Positions 26,323 to 35,418 of a stretch of DNA of 64,000 nt are shown here, in pieces. The stretch lies in NCBI GenBank assembly GCA_030651375.1, contig JAUSFM010000006.1:12646-76645 (forward strand), in the 5' to 3' direction. Made by a program: the position numbers and the translations under genes. This DNA comes from Candidatus Woesearchaeota archaeon (GTDB lineage Archaea; Nanobdellota; Nanobdellia; Woesearchaeales; UBA12501). The notes under the pieces were generated by a model. The model searched no databases. It was not told the DNA's origin and worked only from the letters and a program-made list of their open reading frames with translations. Each line of letters begins with the position of its first letter. Positions within the stretch are counted from its first letter, which is position 1.

Positions 26323-26913
26323 ATGAACCGCACCCTGCTCATTCGTTGTTTCCTCTGGACCTGCGTCTTTACGCTTGCAGCATGGGGCGTCCTTTCGTTT
26401 GGCGCCGACCCTGATTTTGTGTTTGACAAATTTTTGAGCGCTGGCTTTTTTGTGCTCCTGCTTGTGTTCTATGAGCGCTTTCGCCTGAATCTCAAAATAA
26501 TCATTCCCGTTGTTTTTGCCATTGCCCTCCATCAAGCAAAACTCTACGGCGCCGTATTTTTCGGTTTCATTCAGTTTGACATGATTATGCATGTGGTCGG
26601 TTCGTTTGCTGTTGCACTCGTTGTGTACCAATGGCTGATTCACGAGGAGCGCAGCATGCAGTACTGGAAAAAAGTCGCGTTTCTTACGATTCTCGTTGCC
26701 ATGGGCATCGGCGCGGTGCTTGAAATTGTCGAATATTTTGGCTACGCCAATCTGCCAGAAGGTGGCGGAATTCTCCATTACGGCGAAGGCGATGAAGGCG
26801 GCTGGTCAGACACAATCCAAGATATGATCTTTAATGCGTTTGGCTCATTAGTGGCAGTGGTGATTATGTCCATCAGTGTGCTGCGACATAAAAGAACTCA
26901 CTCAATTAGTTAA
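26323..26913 (+). CDS. Polytopic membrane protein, family not recognised
   Basis: Five to six hydrophobic segments and an acidic loop YGEGDEGGWSDTIQD. Confidence 0.5.
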   Translation: MNRTLLIRCFLWTCVFTLAAWGVLSFGADPDFVFDKFLSAGFFVLLLVFYERFRLNLKIIIPVVFAIALHQAKLYGAVFFGFIQFDMIMHVVGSFAVALVVYQWLIHEERSMQYWKKVAFLTILVAMGIGAVLEIVEYFGYANLPEGGGILHYGEGDEGGWSDTIQDMIFNAFGSLVAVVIMSISVLRHKRTHSIS

Positions 26914-26914
26914 T

Positions 26915-27979
26915 TTATTCATCAATCGTCTTGCTCAAATCTTCAATCATTGCCTCATCCGGAACATCATCAGCAGCAGCCGGTACCGGAGCAGGCACTC
27001 CTTTTATTTTTCTCAAGCGCTCAATCTCTTCCTGCGGGTTCAGCTCAACAACGCGGTTTGCAGTCAATTCAATTCTATCAGTGTAGGTATTCTTTTTGAC
27101 GCGCCCTAAAATTTTTATTGTTTTTCCCAACACGTCCTGCCGAATTGTTTCAAATGCAATGGGCTGGCTGTTGATGGCTTGTAACTCATCATGGCTCTTG
27201 TTCGTAAGGCGTTGGAGCTGGTTGCTGAAAAAAACCGTGCGGATGGTTGCCGTGCCGTCGTCAAGCACCATGTTTGCCACATACGAAAATGAGGGCGTAA
27301 CAGCACCGTGGGTGTCACAGAGTTTGTCGGTATTTTGCTGCTTGACCTTGCGGTTGCAGTGCGGGCACACTTCAAAAAATTTCGGGTCAAACACCTGCAC
27401 CATGATACCGACGACTTCGGCATTGTCGTCCTGTTCAGTTAAGTCAGCGATTGCTTTTCTGTTGCCATCCTGCATTTCTCCAACCACCTCATCAGGTGGA
27501 TTGAGAATGATATTTGAGTTATCGCGTAGGTGCACTTCTTTTCTGCCCTGATTATCTTTGACATACGCGAATTGCACTTTCACGACCATGCCCTTTTCGA
27601 GTTCTTTCAGTTTGTCGGTCTGTGAGCCCCAGAGCACAATTCGAATGCCTCCTGTTTCATCCGCAATAAGAAAACTTCCCACCATGCCAGTGCGTGTCCC
27701 TGACTGGAAACTTCGAGCTTCAAAAATATCCTTCACTCTGCCGGTTATTTCAACATTGCGCATGCCGGGCAATAAAGAATTTATTTTCAGCCTGCCCGTC
27801 TCTTCATCAAAAAGCTTGACTCCGTGCTCGTTCGCAATAATGTGCGCTGCACCCTCTCGCGATACGAGCCCGGCAAGCTGATTCATTTTATTCTGTATCT
27901 TCTCCTCTATTTCCCCCGCAGTGAGGCCCGTCTTTTCCTGTATTTTTCCGACAATGGTCTCGTACGGTACTTTAATCAT
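26915..27979 (-). CDS. rpa: Replication protein A (ssDNA-binding, OB folds plus zinc finger)
   Basis: N-terminus IVGKIQEKTGLTAGEIEEKIQNKMNQLAGLVSREGAAHIIANEHGV is typical of archaeal RPA. CPHCNRKV...CDTHG zinc motif. TATA AATATAAAAG lies upstream. Confidence 0.8.
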   Translation of the reverse strand: MIKVPYETIVGKIQEKTGLTAGEIEEKIQNKMNQLAGLVSREGAAHIIANEHGVKLFDEETGRLKINSLLPGMRNVEITGRVKDIFEARSFQSGTRTGMVGSFLIADETGGIRIVLWGSQTDKLKELEKGMVVKVQFAYVKDNQGRKEVHLRDNSNIILNPPDEVVGEMQDGNRKAIADLTEQDDNAEVVGIMVQVFDPKFFEVCPHCNRKVKQQNTDKLCDTHGAVTPSFSYVANMVLDDGTATIRTVFFSNQLQRLTNKSHDELQAINSQPIAFETIRQDVLGKTIKILGRVKKNTYTDRIELTANRVVELNPQEEIERLRKIKGVPAPVPAAADDVPDEAMIEDLSKTIDE

Positions 27980-28088
27980 TTTTTACCTCAAGCGAGCACG
28001 CTTTTATATTGTTTGTGATGGTGGATTGGTGGTGCTTGTGTGGGTATATTCGACTGTATGGATTTTACTGTACGCATCGGCATCTCCG

Positions 28089-29006
28089 TTATCCAAACTC
28101 GATACTGAACCGGTACTCAAGCGACCGCAATTCAATCGAGCCGCGCGATGGGTCATGCGCAATGAACGTGCGCCCATCATCCTTGCTTGCGCAAAAAACA
28201 TACACCATGCCGGTATGGCTGCGCAGTTTTTCCAATGAATCATCGGATGATAGGCTGCAATCATCATAGTGAACAGTTATGCGCTTATTCGTGAGAAATG
28301 GCCCCGTGTTCACCACATCCAGCCATTCTTCAACACAGGCATTGGCTGATTTTCCGGTGCTCTGCTGGCAGGAAACAATGCCCTTTGCCATTGTTTTTAC
28401 TTCAGTGCCAAGGAGCGTGTAGTCACCAAAATCAGTTGCTACCTCAGTGGCAAATGAAGCATTTGCGCCGAGTTCGCCGATGGGCGCACGCTTTTCCTTG
28501 ATGGTCACCGATTCTTTCCACAGCGTGCGTGCTTTTCCAGTAATCTGCATTCCGGTTGGCGTCGGTGTTGTCTCAATAGCAAACGTAGAATTGCCGCCGC
28601 GGTTGATTGGTTTCAGATACACATTCAGTGCGTCATTGAGATATGTTTCAAACGCTTGTGTGGGAACCGGCAGGCAAAATTTGGTTGCATTTTCCCGCAT
28701 CCATATCGGAGCGCCATTGGTATCACCACAAGCGGGCTTTTCATAAAATCCGCCGTGCTGTGCCATTGAAAATATCGCGGAAGATGCTGCGTACGGCGCT
28801 GCTTCACGCACAAACAGCTGTTCGTCAGCAAGCAGTACATCCGTGCGAAGCATGGCGAGCTGTTGTTCTCCGATATACTGGGGAAGGTCAGATGGTTTTT
28901 TTAGCGCGCTCATGCCCAAAAATGTTACCACGCCGATGATAAGTCCCAGTACTGCCAGAATGAGAATCACCGTTGCTTTTTTGTTGTTCTTTTTGAAAAG
29001 GATCAT
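28089..29006 (-). CDS. Pilin-like (class III signal) protein, last gene of block A
   Basis: MILFKKNNKKATVILILAVLGLIIGVV N-terminus. An alternative upstream start gives MGETIM, as in the 38454 gene. Confidence 0.55.
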   Translation of the reverse strand: MILFKKNNKKATVILILAVLGLIIGVVTFLGMSALKKPSDLPQYIGEQQLAMLRTDVLLADEQLFVREAAPYAASSAIFSMAQHGGFYEKPACGDTNGAPIWMRENATKFCLPVPTQAFETYLNDALNVYLKPINRGGNSTFAIETTPTPTGMQITGKARTLWKESVTIKEKRAPIGELGANASFATEVATDFGDYTLLGTEVKTMAKGIVSCQQSTGKSANACVEEWLDVVNTGPFLTNKRITVHYDDCSLSSDDSLEKLRSHTGMVYVFCASKDDGRTFIAHDPSRGSIELRSLEYRFSIEFG

Positions 29007-29013
29007 GATTGTT

Positions 29014-29538
29014 TCACCCATAGAACTTCGGCTCACGCGCCGTGCGCAGCCGTGCCGTAATAGTTATGCCTGGTTTTTGTGTTGGAATTTTTATTTCATA
29101 CGAGGTAATAACCCCACTTGGCACACCACCGATGGTGATTGTTCCTTCAGGATATTGGTATTCAAAAGTTACTTCTCCTTGCCAAAACCACGTCTCTTTT
29201 AGCAGGTCGTTCAGTTCTTGTTCGCGCTCATTTTTCGGCGTAGGATTTGTCATGCGCACCACATCAATAATGCGCAGCCCTTCTGCCTCAAGCGCAGTTC
29301 CCAGCTCATGATTTTTTGTTATTTCCTGCGTCACTGGCTGCAGGAGATAGGTTCGAAGCACCTGCGCGCTGGTCAGCACCGATTGTTGTTCCTGCACTGC
29401 CTCGCGCACGCTTCCCCTGCTCAATGCAAGCAGGTTAAAAATGACAAAAAAGAAAATAGCGCCGAGTACGACTGCGATGATTGCCTCGGTTGGGTCCGGC
29501 GGGTTCAATCCTTTTTTATTGTGAAATAGAGTGCGCAT
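29014..29538 (-). CDS. Pilin-like (class III signal) protein
   Basis: MRTLFHNKKGLNPPDPTEAIIAVVLGAIFFFVIF. Confidence 0.6.
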   Translation of the reverse strand: MRTLFHNKKGLNPPDPTEAIIAVVLGAIFFFVIFNLLALSRGSVREAVQEQQSVLTSAQVLRTYLLQPVTQEITKNHELGTALEAEGLRIIDVVRMTNPTPKNEREQELNDLLKETWFWQGEVTFEYQYPEGTITIGGVPSGVITSYEIKIPTQKPGITITARLRTAREPKFYG

Positions 29539-29541
29539 TGT

Positions 29542-30831
29542 TTATTCCTCTTTTTTTGATGAAACAACCAGCAGGCCGCGCTTTACCGTTCCCTGGCCGG
29601 CAATAAGCACGGGCAGTGGCTCTTTGACAATTTTTTTTGTGGTGGCGCACTGCGCGAAATTAGTCGTTTGGAGTTCTTTAATGATTTTCTGCTCGCCAAA
29701 CCGGTAGTCATACAGCTCCAGCTTAAAGCACTGCTTCTGTGCTGCTGCCGGCGGTATCATAAAACACTTGTCAAGCTGCTCTTGCGTAAACCGCGAAACA
29801 TCAATAACACTGGCGCCATCAACCGCAAAACAGTCCGGCGAATTAACGAGCCGGTAGAGCGCAACAGCTTTTTCAGCGCCAGGATACGCAGTATTTTCTG
29901 TCTGCGCTGCGCGGTCAGCAATCATGATAAACAGGCCCATGCCAGCGACCAGCGCAATCAGCGCAAAAAAATACAAAAATACCTTGCTCGGAATGAGCGA
30001 AATTCCCTTTCTGCTTTCAACGCGCTGATGCAGCAGAAAAATCACCAGTGCAATGAGCATAAGCAAAACGGTGCCAACGCCTGCTATCAACGCGCTTGTG
30101 CCCAAGGCCTGCTGTTTTTCCGGCCGTACGAGCTGGTCACGCATTGCCTCAAGTCGGCAGTCAATATCTGTGATGATGCACATACTATCACACATGCCAT
30201 CCTGCACCGCGGCGCAGAGCCATTCTTTTTTGTTGCAGTCAGCCAGGCAGGTGTCCTGCTCAAAATATTCGCACACTCCATTGCCGCACAAGCAGTCCGG
30301 GTCAGCGCCCGGGCAGGTTGGCTCGCACACGCCATCTTTTATTTTTGTGCAGAGGTCTGATTGTTGTGGGACGTGTGCAAGCGCTGCTGCAAGCACTTCT
30401 GCGGTGCGCATGAGCGCCGCATGTTTCCGATCCTGGGCGGTTCTGATATTCTCGTTTTGCAATTCTTCGTCAAATGTCAGGAGCGCTTGTTTAACTTCAG
30501 TATCGCTCAACACTTTTTGTTCTGGTTGGGCAATGCGTATTTTTCCTTCTCGGTCAGCGTAGAAGAGGAGCATTCTGCACGTTTTTTTCTTCTGGGTAAA
30601 CAAGGCCAGTGTGTCATTTAGATTTCCTTCCTTTGCCGCGTGAATGCACAAATCTTCTCCGCTTATGTCTTTGAGAATCTTTTTTTCAACACTGCTCAAC
30701 AGGCCGGCAGTATCACTCACGGTTGCAGCAGCACTCAGGCTCAAAAGTATGCAGAGCACCACAACCATACTCACTCTGCCCACTATTCCGGCGTGCTTAG
30801 CTTGCTTCATACGCAACAACGCCTCCTTCAT
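29542..30831 (-). CDS. Cys-rich membrane protein (signal peptide, Cys-rich ectodomain, 2 TM, C-terminal domain)
   Basis: Cys cluster CTKIKDGVCEPTCPGADPDCLCGNGVCEYFEQDTCLADC, followed by two TM helices. Start 30831 or 30810; both overlap the upstream stop. Confidence 0.55.
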   Translation of the reverse strand: MKEALLRMKQAKHAGIVGRVSMVVVLCILLSLSAAATVSDTAGLLSSVEKKILKDISGEDLCIHAAKEGNLNDTLALFTQKKKTCRMLLFYADREGKIRIAQPEQKVLSDTEVKQALLTFDEELQNENIRTAQDRKHAALMRTAEVLAAALAHVPQQSDLCTKIKDGVCEPTCPGADPDCLCGNGVCEYFEQDTCLADCNKKEWLCAAVQDGMCDSMCIITDIDCRLEAMRDQLVRPEKQQALGTSALIAGVGTVLLMLIALVIFLLHQRVESRKGISLIPSKVFLYFFALIALVAGMGLFIMIADRAAQTENTAYPGAEKAVALYRLVNSPDCFAVDGASVIDVSRFTQEQLDKCFMIPPAAAQKQCFKLELYDYRFGEQKIIKELQTTNFAQCATTKKIVKEPLPVLIAGQGTVKRGLLVVSSKKEE

Positions 30832-31312
30832 TAACGATTTTAATGCGGGTGACCGGGCTGGAGCCAAGCACAAGTTCATCGACGGTTGTTGGTTCAGGAA
30901 CCAGTGCAACCTTGCTGCCGAGTTTCACCACAAACAATTCCGCTGTACCTGAGAGCCGAGTATAGACCATACTGGGAATCTGGATTATCTGTTGGATGGA
31001 TGTTTCAATTCCGGTGATTTTTTCCACGCTCACAGTGTCAGCAACTGCGATTTTGTACACCTTCATGTCTCGATGAGAATAATTCAGCACCATCTTTTCT
31101 GCGCGCATGCCTGCTGCTGTTTCCATAGTCAGTGCGAGATCGTTGGCAAGGTACTGGCTGGTCATCTGCGCGCCTTTGCTGATGGCAACGCCTTGGTTGA
31201 TGAAAAAAAGAATCAGCATGCCGCCGATAAATACTTCGAATGCTACAGCGAGGGTTTCCAGCCATGCCTGGCCTTTTTTGTTTGTGTGGTGCTTGTGATA
31301 GTGCCTGCTCAT
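30797..31312 (-). CDS. Pilin-like (class III signal) protein
   Basis: MSRHYHKHHTNKKGQAWLETLAVAFEVFIGGMLILFF. ATGA overlap with the upstream stop. Confidence 0.65.
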   Translation of the reverse strand: MSRHYHKHHTNKKGQAWLETLAVAFEVFIGGMLILFFINQGVAISKGAQMTSQYLANDLALTMETAAGMRAEKMVLNYSHRDMKVYKIAVADTVSVEKITGIETSIQQIIQIPSMVYTRLSGTAELFVVKLGSKVALVPEPTTVDELVLGSSPVTRIKIVNEGGVVAYEAS

Positions 31313-32577
31313 GCAACTGCCTCTGCACATTTTTTATTGTTCCATGCACACGATAGACTGCAACTGTACGTCGCGCATGCCTCGGCGTTGTCAAAGGTTG
31401 CGCAGGTTGTTTCCGTGGTGCACTGGTTGCAGGTTTTTTTATCAACACCTCGATAGCAGATATCCTTTGGTTCGGTGTTAGTGCACACAGCAAACGAACG
31501 TACAGTGCAGTCAATTGTTTCACGCGTGTTTTTTGCTGCATTTTTCACTGCAGGGTCTGATGCAAATGTCTCTGCCAGCGTTAATGCGGCTCGTCCCTCA
31601 TCATATTTCTTCTGTTTCACCATGCTCATAGCGCGGAGGAAATAGGTTTTGTCATGCTCTTCTCCATTAAGAATATATTCAGTCCCTTCAACCACCGTCC
31701 CCATGCCGGTTTCACGGCCAACTGCATTGCCGGGAAACCCTTTCCCCTGTTGCTCGGCTTCCATCAGCATAAGATCGTTGAAGAGCGTTTCTGCTGCGGC
31801 ATAATTTCCAGTGTCGTATTCTTTTTCTGCTTCAGCAAATTTTGTGTGCGCCTCGACAAATAATTTTTGCTGGTCTTCCATGCCGCGCTTGATGCAGGGC
31901 TGGTCCATGCACAGCGCAATGCCATAAGCACTTTTTTCAATGGTTATCTGGGGCTCTGGCAGGATGTTGTGGAAGCCAAGGTAAACATCGTGCTGCACAG
32001 CACCTTGACTACGGTCTCCACCAATATTCTCGTTGCGCGTGAGCATGAAGCCTCCTTTCCAGTATGTAGTATCAACGCTGTCGTGCTCTGCACGGTTCAT
32101 GTTGAAGAATTCCTGATCAAATGGAGCGCAGCTTTCCTTTTCCCATTCGAGTTTGAAAAGGTAGGGAACTGCCGTCGCACTTTCCCGTTTTATCGTCGGT
32201 GTTTCCAGCAGGCAGAGGCATGCCTTTCCGATCGTGCAGTCTGCCGGGCGCTCAGCAAGCAGAATGGTCATACTACTTTTATCGGCTCCGTTCCCTGTAG
32301 GTGCAAGCTTCTTGAGCGTGGTCGCCGTGCTCGAAAATCCGAGAAGCGCATAGTTGCTGCCAAGGTAACCAACAACAACATCACTGCTTCCTGCAGGTTT
32401 TTGTTCGATTGCTTTCACCACAGAAACCAGCTCCTTAAATTTCGCGTCGGGCCTGCCGCTCAATCCTTCACGGAAAATGTTGGTGCAGGAAACCGCGATG
32501 GCAACAATGAGCATAATCGATAGAATAAGGCCTATGGTAAAGCTTAAATCACCCTTTTTATTGTGCGTGATACTCAT
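31309..32577 (-). CDS. Large pilin-like (class III signal) protein with Cys-rich C-terminus
   Basis: MSITHNKKGDLSFTIGLILSIMLIVAIAV. C-terminal 70 aa contain 12 Cys. Confidence 0.6.
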   Translation of the reverse strand: MSITHNKKGDLSFTIGLILSIMLIVAIAVSCTNIFREGLSGRPDAKFKELVSVVKAIEQKPAGSSDVVVGYLGSNYALLGFSSTATTLKKLAPTGNGADKSSMTILLAERPADCTIGKACLCLLETPTIKRESATAVPYLFKLEWEKESCAPFDQEFFNMNRAEHDSVDTTYWKGGFMLTRNENIGGDRSQGAVQHDVYLGFHNILPEPQITIEKSAYGIALCMDQPCIKRGMEDQQKLFVEAHTKFAEAEKEYDTGNYAAAETLFNDLMLMEAEQQGKGFPGNAVGRETGMGTVVEGTEYILNGEEHDKTYFLRAMSMVKQKKYDEGRAALTLAETFASDPAVKNAAKNTRETIDCTVRSFAVCTNTEPKDICYRGVDKKTCNQCTTETTCATFDNAEACATYSCSLSCAWNNKKCAEAVA

Positions 32578-32706
32578 GAATATCCTTTGAACTCTTTTTT
32601 TGATTAACTTTTATTTTAATCAACTGTTACGAAAACAGATTTTGCACGACCTGCAAAACCAGGGCAAGATACGAACTGCCGTTCGCACCTTCTGTTTTTC
32701 TCGCGG

Positions 32707-32734
32707 GGTAAAAATCCGGCCCCGGATTTTTACC
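32707..32734. terminator. Perfect 13-bp inverted repeat (GGTAAAAATCCGG-CC-CCGGATTTTTACC) in the 275-bp gap inside block A
   Basis: Read directly from the sequence. It sits between the 32853 gene stop and the 32577 gene start. It could be a terminator/attenuator or a protein-binding palindrome. Confidence 0.4.
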
Positions 32735-32852
32735 GTGGTGTGTTTCATGCGAGTGCTGTTGCATCGCCCTATTTCCTTACCAGTTCGTTTCTTGCCGTTC
32801 CGGTTCGTGTTGGTTGGTACAGTACACTATCATTCTATTACCCGTGTTCGTT

Positions 32853-33209
32853 CTAACACACCGTCGCTTGCCTACATTCCATCGTCGTGCCGCAGGCCGT
32901 TTGCGTTTCAAGACAGCCGTACCGTTCGCTGCTCGGATTTTTATCCATGCTGCCTGCTTGCTGCGCAAGCCGCGGGTCACAGGCCTTTGCCGGGCAGAGG
33001 TCGTTCATGTTGATGATGCCGTCGTTGTCAGCGTCGCCGAAGTCGCCGAACTCCTCACTGCTGTATCTTTTTGCGCTGTCAGCAAAGGACATTCTGCTTT
33101 TCATCAGCACATACCCACCGATGGCAATAACCAGCAGGACCAGAATAATGGTCAGCCAATCTGCCTCTGCTTTTTTGTTGTTAAACAGTTTGTTTTTCAT
33201 ATGCTTCAT
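32853..33209 (-). CDS. Pilin-like protein with thrombospondin-type-3-like Ca-binding motif
   Basis: MKHMKNKLFNNKKAEADWLTIILVLLVIAIGG, and GDADNDGIINMNDLCP resembling DxDxDGxxDxxDxCP. Confidence 0.6.
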   Translation of the reverse strand: MKHMKNKLFNNKKAEADWLTIILVLLVIAIGGYVLMKSRMSFADSAKRYSSEEFGDFGDADNDGIINMNDLCPAKACDPRLAQQAGSMDKNPSSERYGCLETQTACGTTMECRQATVC

Positions 33210-33925
33210 GAGGTCACCTTCTGTGTCTGCGCATCCTGAACCGCTGGCACTGGATTACCCCGAACAGGAACTGCGTTTCCCGGATTCAGCTGATAGTTGA
33301 TTTCCCTGCCCTGCACGCGAACATCTGAAATTGTGCCAATGCCAACTGCAATGAGACGCTTGCTGGTTGCATCGTACTTCAATCCTCCTTTATCATCCGG
33401 CACAAAACTGGCAATCTCCCATCCTGCCGTATTTTCTTCTGCATAGCCGCCGGGCTGTCCTTTATACAGCACGGTTATTTTTTCTATTTGCGCGGTGTCA
33501 ATGCTGTCGAGTGCCGCATCGTCCGGATTTTCCACCACATCGCGGGCAGTAACACGATGCGTTTTCAAGCCGCGGGTGAAATCAGCAAACGCAATTTTTT
33601 CAGTTGCGGTAAAATCATAATCAACACAGACATAACATGTTTCGCCGGTAAATCCAGTGCGGTGAATTTCGCCGATAAACGTGATTTCAATGTCAATATC
33701 TCCGCCCGCGCTTTGCAGGAACTCCTCAACAACACCCTTGTGTGATTGCAGCGTCGCGATGGTATATTGTGTTGATGGCTTTTCATTTTCAATATATCCC
33801 AGCTGGCTTGCCGTGCTGACCACGCGTGGCAGTAATTCACGGAACACTATAACCGCAACAACGGCAAGCAGTGCAAGGAGCAGGATAAACGTGAGCCAGC
33901 CGAATCCTTTTTTGTTTTGTTTCAT
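33206..33925 (-). CDS. Pilin-like (class III signal) protein
   Basis: MKQNKKGFGWLTFILLLALLAVVAVIVF. Confidence 0.65.
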   Translation of the reverse strand: MKQNKKGFGWLTFILLLALLAVVAVIVFRELLPRVVSTASQLGYIENEKPSTQYTIATLQSHKGVVEEFLQSAGGDIDIEITFIGEIHRTGFTGETCYVCVDYDFTATEKIAFADFTRGLKTHRVTARDVVENPDDAALDSIDTAQIEKITVLYKGQPGGYAEENTAGWEIASFVPDDKGGLKYDATSKRLIAVGIGTISDVRVQGREINYQLNPGNAVPVRGNPVPAVQDAQTQKVTS

Positions 33926-33952
33926 TGAATCTCCTCTATCAGTTTCCTCTAT

Positions 33953-34144
33953 CTATTCCCTTGCATTGTGCAATGCATCAGTCAGTTTTTCTTGTGTTGC
34001 CGTTGGGCTGGGCAAAAACTTTTTTGCCAGCAGATATCCAACCACCACAACCGTGGCGAGGAACAACGCAAGCAGCACCCAAAACCAGACGGTTGCGGAA
34101 AATCCAGTTTCACCTTGTGCCTTGCGGTGCTGCATCATCCGCAT
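33953..34144 (-). CDS. Small pilin-like protein (63 aa)
   Basis: MRMMQHRKAQGETGFSATVWFWVLLALFLATVVVVGYLL. Start uncertain, 34135-34195. Confidence 0.5.
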   Translation of the reverse strand: MRMMQHRKAQGETGFSATVWFWVLLALFLATVVVVGYLLAKKFLPSPTATQEKLTDALHNARE

Positions 34145-34200
34145 CTTTTCCAGTTTTAATCCTTCAGTAACTGTACGAATCATGTTCCACCTCATCCACC

Positions 34201-34998
34201 TCAACTCGTGAGTCGTTCTCCAGACCAGCCATCCATGAGCCGGCACTGGCCTGCCTGATTCTGCTCGTCAATATAAACCACTTGGTAGCGTGTTTCCTCG
34301 ATGTTTTGAACGCCGGTTGCTTCAGACAGTTTTCCACTGCTCAGCTTATCCACCACCCAATACTCTGCCTGTCCCACCCGTTCAGCAAGCCAGCCGGGTG
34401 AAAACTCCGCCAGCATCACGGTGTAATACTGTCCCTGCTTAATGTCGGGCGTCAATGACGGATTTTCAGCAACCGCTTCCAGCGTGTCGCCGTTGATGTA
34501 GGAAAACAAAGACTTTCCATTTGGTAAATATATATTTTTCATGTCGCTCATGACTGTTTCTTTTCGAAGGGGACTCGCGATATTTTTTGCCTGAAACGTA
34601 AAGCATGGCACGCATTGAATGCGGGGACCGAACGGCAGGGGGAGGCGATATCTTCCACCGCCCCATTTTTCCCAGCAGCGCTTCATCAGATTGGTGACCT
34701 GAAATTCTGCCTTGGTCGGGTCTTTGTCTTCAATTACTTCCGGCTCTTTGGGAATGCACGCAGCAGGAATATCCTTGGCAATTTCCCCTTCTTTCAGCTT
34801 GTTGAAAAAATAATTTTGCACACGGAGCTGCTCAAAGCAGGATTCATCGCTTGCTATTGGTTCGCAGCCCTTGAAAAAAAATATGAGAAAGGCTGTGATG
34901 GCGATGGCTGAAATAATAATAAGGATGTGCTCTTGGATAAAGTCAAGAATTCCTCCCTGCGCTTTTTTTCCGTTAAACAACACGTGCATCACCCGCAT
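34201..34998 (-). CDS. Pilin-like (class III signal) protein
   Basis: MRVMHVLFNGKKAQGGILDFIQEHILIIISAIAITAFLIFFF. First ATG is 34998. Confidence 0.6.
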   Translation of the reverse strand: MRVMHVLFNGKKAQGGILDFIQEHILIIISAIAITAFLIFFFKGCEPIASDESCFEQLRVQNYFFNKLKEGEIAKDIPAACIPKEPEVIEDKDPTKAEFQVTNLMKRCWEKWGGGRYRLPLPFGPRIQCVPCFTFQAKNIASPLRKETVMSDMKNIYLPNGKSLFSYINGDTLEAVAENPSLTPDIKQGQYYTVMLAEFSPGWLAERVGQAEYWVVDKLSSGKLSEATGVQNIEETRYQVVYIDEQNQAGQCRLMDGWSGERLTS

Positions 34999-35248
34999 CA
35001 CTCTCGTTTTTTAGTGCAAGGCAGCACGCATTGGTTGGCGATGCACATTTCAGGTGCGCAACGTCGCTGTATCCTATTGGGCATTGTTCGAACTGGCAGG
35101 TGGTGCCCTGCATACTTTCACACGCAAACACGCCTGCGCTCGGCTTGGCAAGATAATTTTTGACAATGATAATCAGCACAATAAGAAGTACGATTCCTAT
35201 AACAATTTTCTTCAGCTCCTCTTGCGCTTTTTTGTTCTGGTACATCAT
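34973..35248 (-). CDS. Six-cysteine mini-pilin, paralog A
   Basis: MMYQNKKAQEELKKIVIGIVLLIVLIIIVKNY, then C-x7-C-x4-C-x11-C-x6-CC. Confidence 0.65.
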   Translation of the reverse strand: MMYQNKKAQEELKKIVIGIVLLIVLIIIVKNYLAKPSAGVFACESMQGTTCQFEQCPIGYSDVAHLKCASPTNACCLALKNESDAGDARVV

Positions 35249-35376
35249 GCGCCCCACCTCGGCAGTTTGTACCAGAGCAGCGCGGTGAAAATAACCGCGA
35301 GCACAAGGAAGAGAATAAGATAGAGAATAAACTTGAGCGCAAACGTACCTGTACGAGATTCCATCACTCTTTTCAT
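35245..35376 (-). CDS. Unannotated 43-aa single-TM protein, first ORF of block A
   Basis: ATG 35376. MKRVMESRTGTFALKFILYLILFLVLAVIFTALLWYKLPRWGA. Its TGA overlaps the ATGATG start of the next gene. Confidence 0.4.
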   Translation of the reverse strand: MKRVMESRTGTFALKFILYLILFLVLAVIFTALLWYKLPRWGA

Positions 35377-35396
35377 GCCCTAAAAAGGGCTATGAG

Positions 35397-35405
35397 TATT
35401 TATAA
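35397..35405 (-). promoter_or_regulatory. TATA box for block A
   Basis: The minus strand reads TTATAAATA, about 25 nt upstream of ATG 35376. Confidence 0.4.
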
Positions 35406-35418
35406 TGATTTCGCTGAT

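Noticed and set aside
29542-30831. The 429-aa membrane protein as the PilC/ArlJ-like pilus platform.
   Set aside because: It has only about three hydrophobic segments, a Cys-rich ectodomain and none of the duplicated multi-TM architecture of platform proteins.
35118-35342. The 74-aa minus-strand ORF upstream of mini-pilin A.
   Set aside because: It overlaps mini-pilin A in another frame and is Ser/Cys/Arg-rich. The coupled 43-aa TM ORF (35245-35376) explains the region better.
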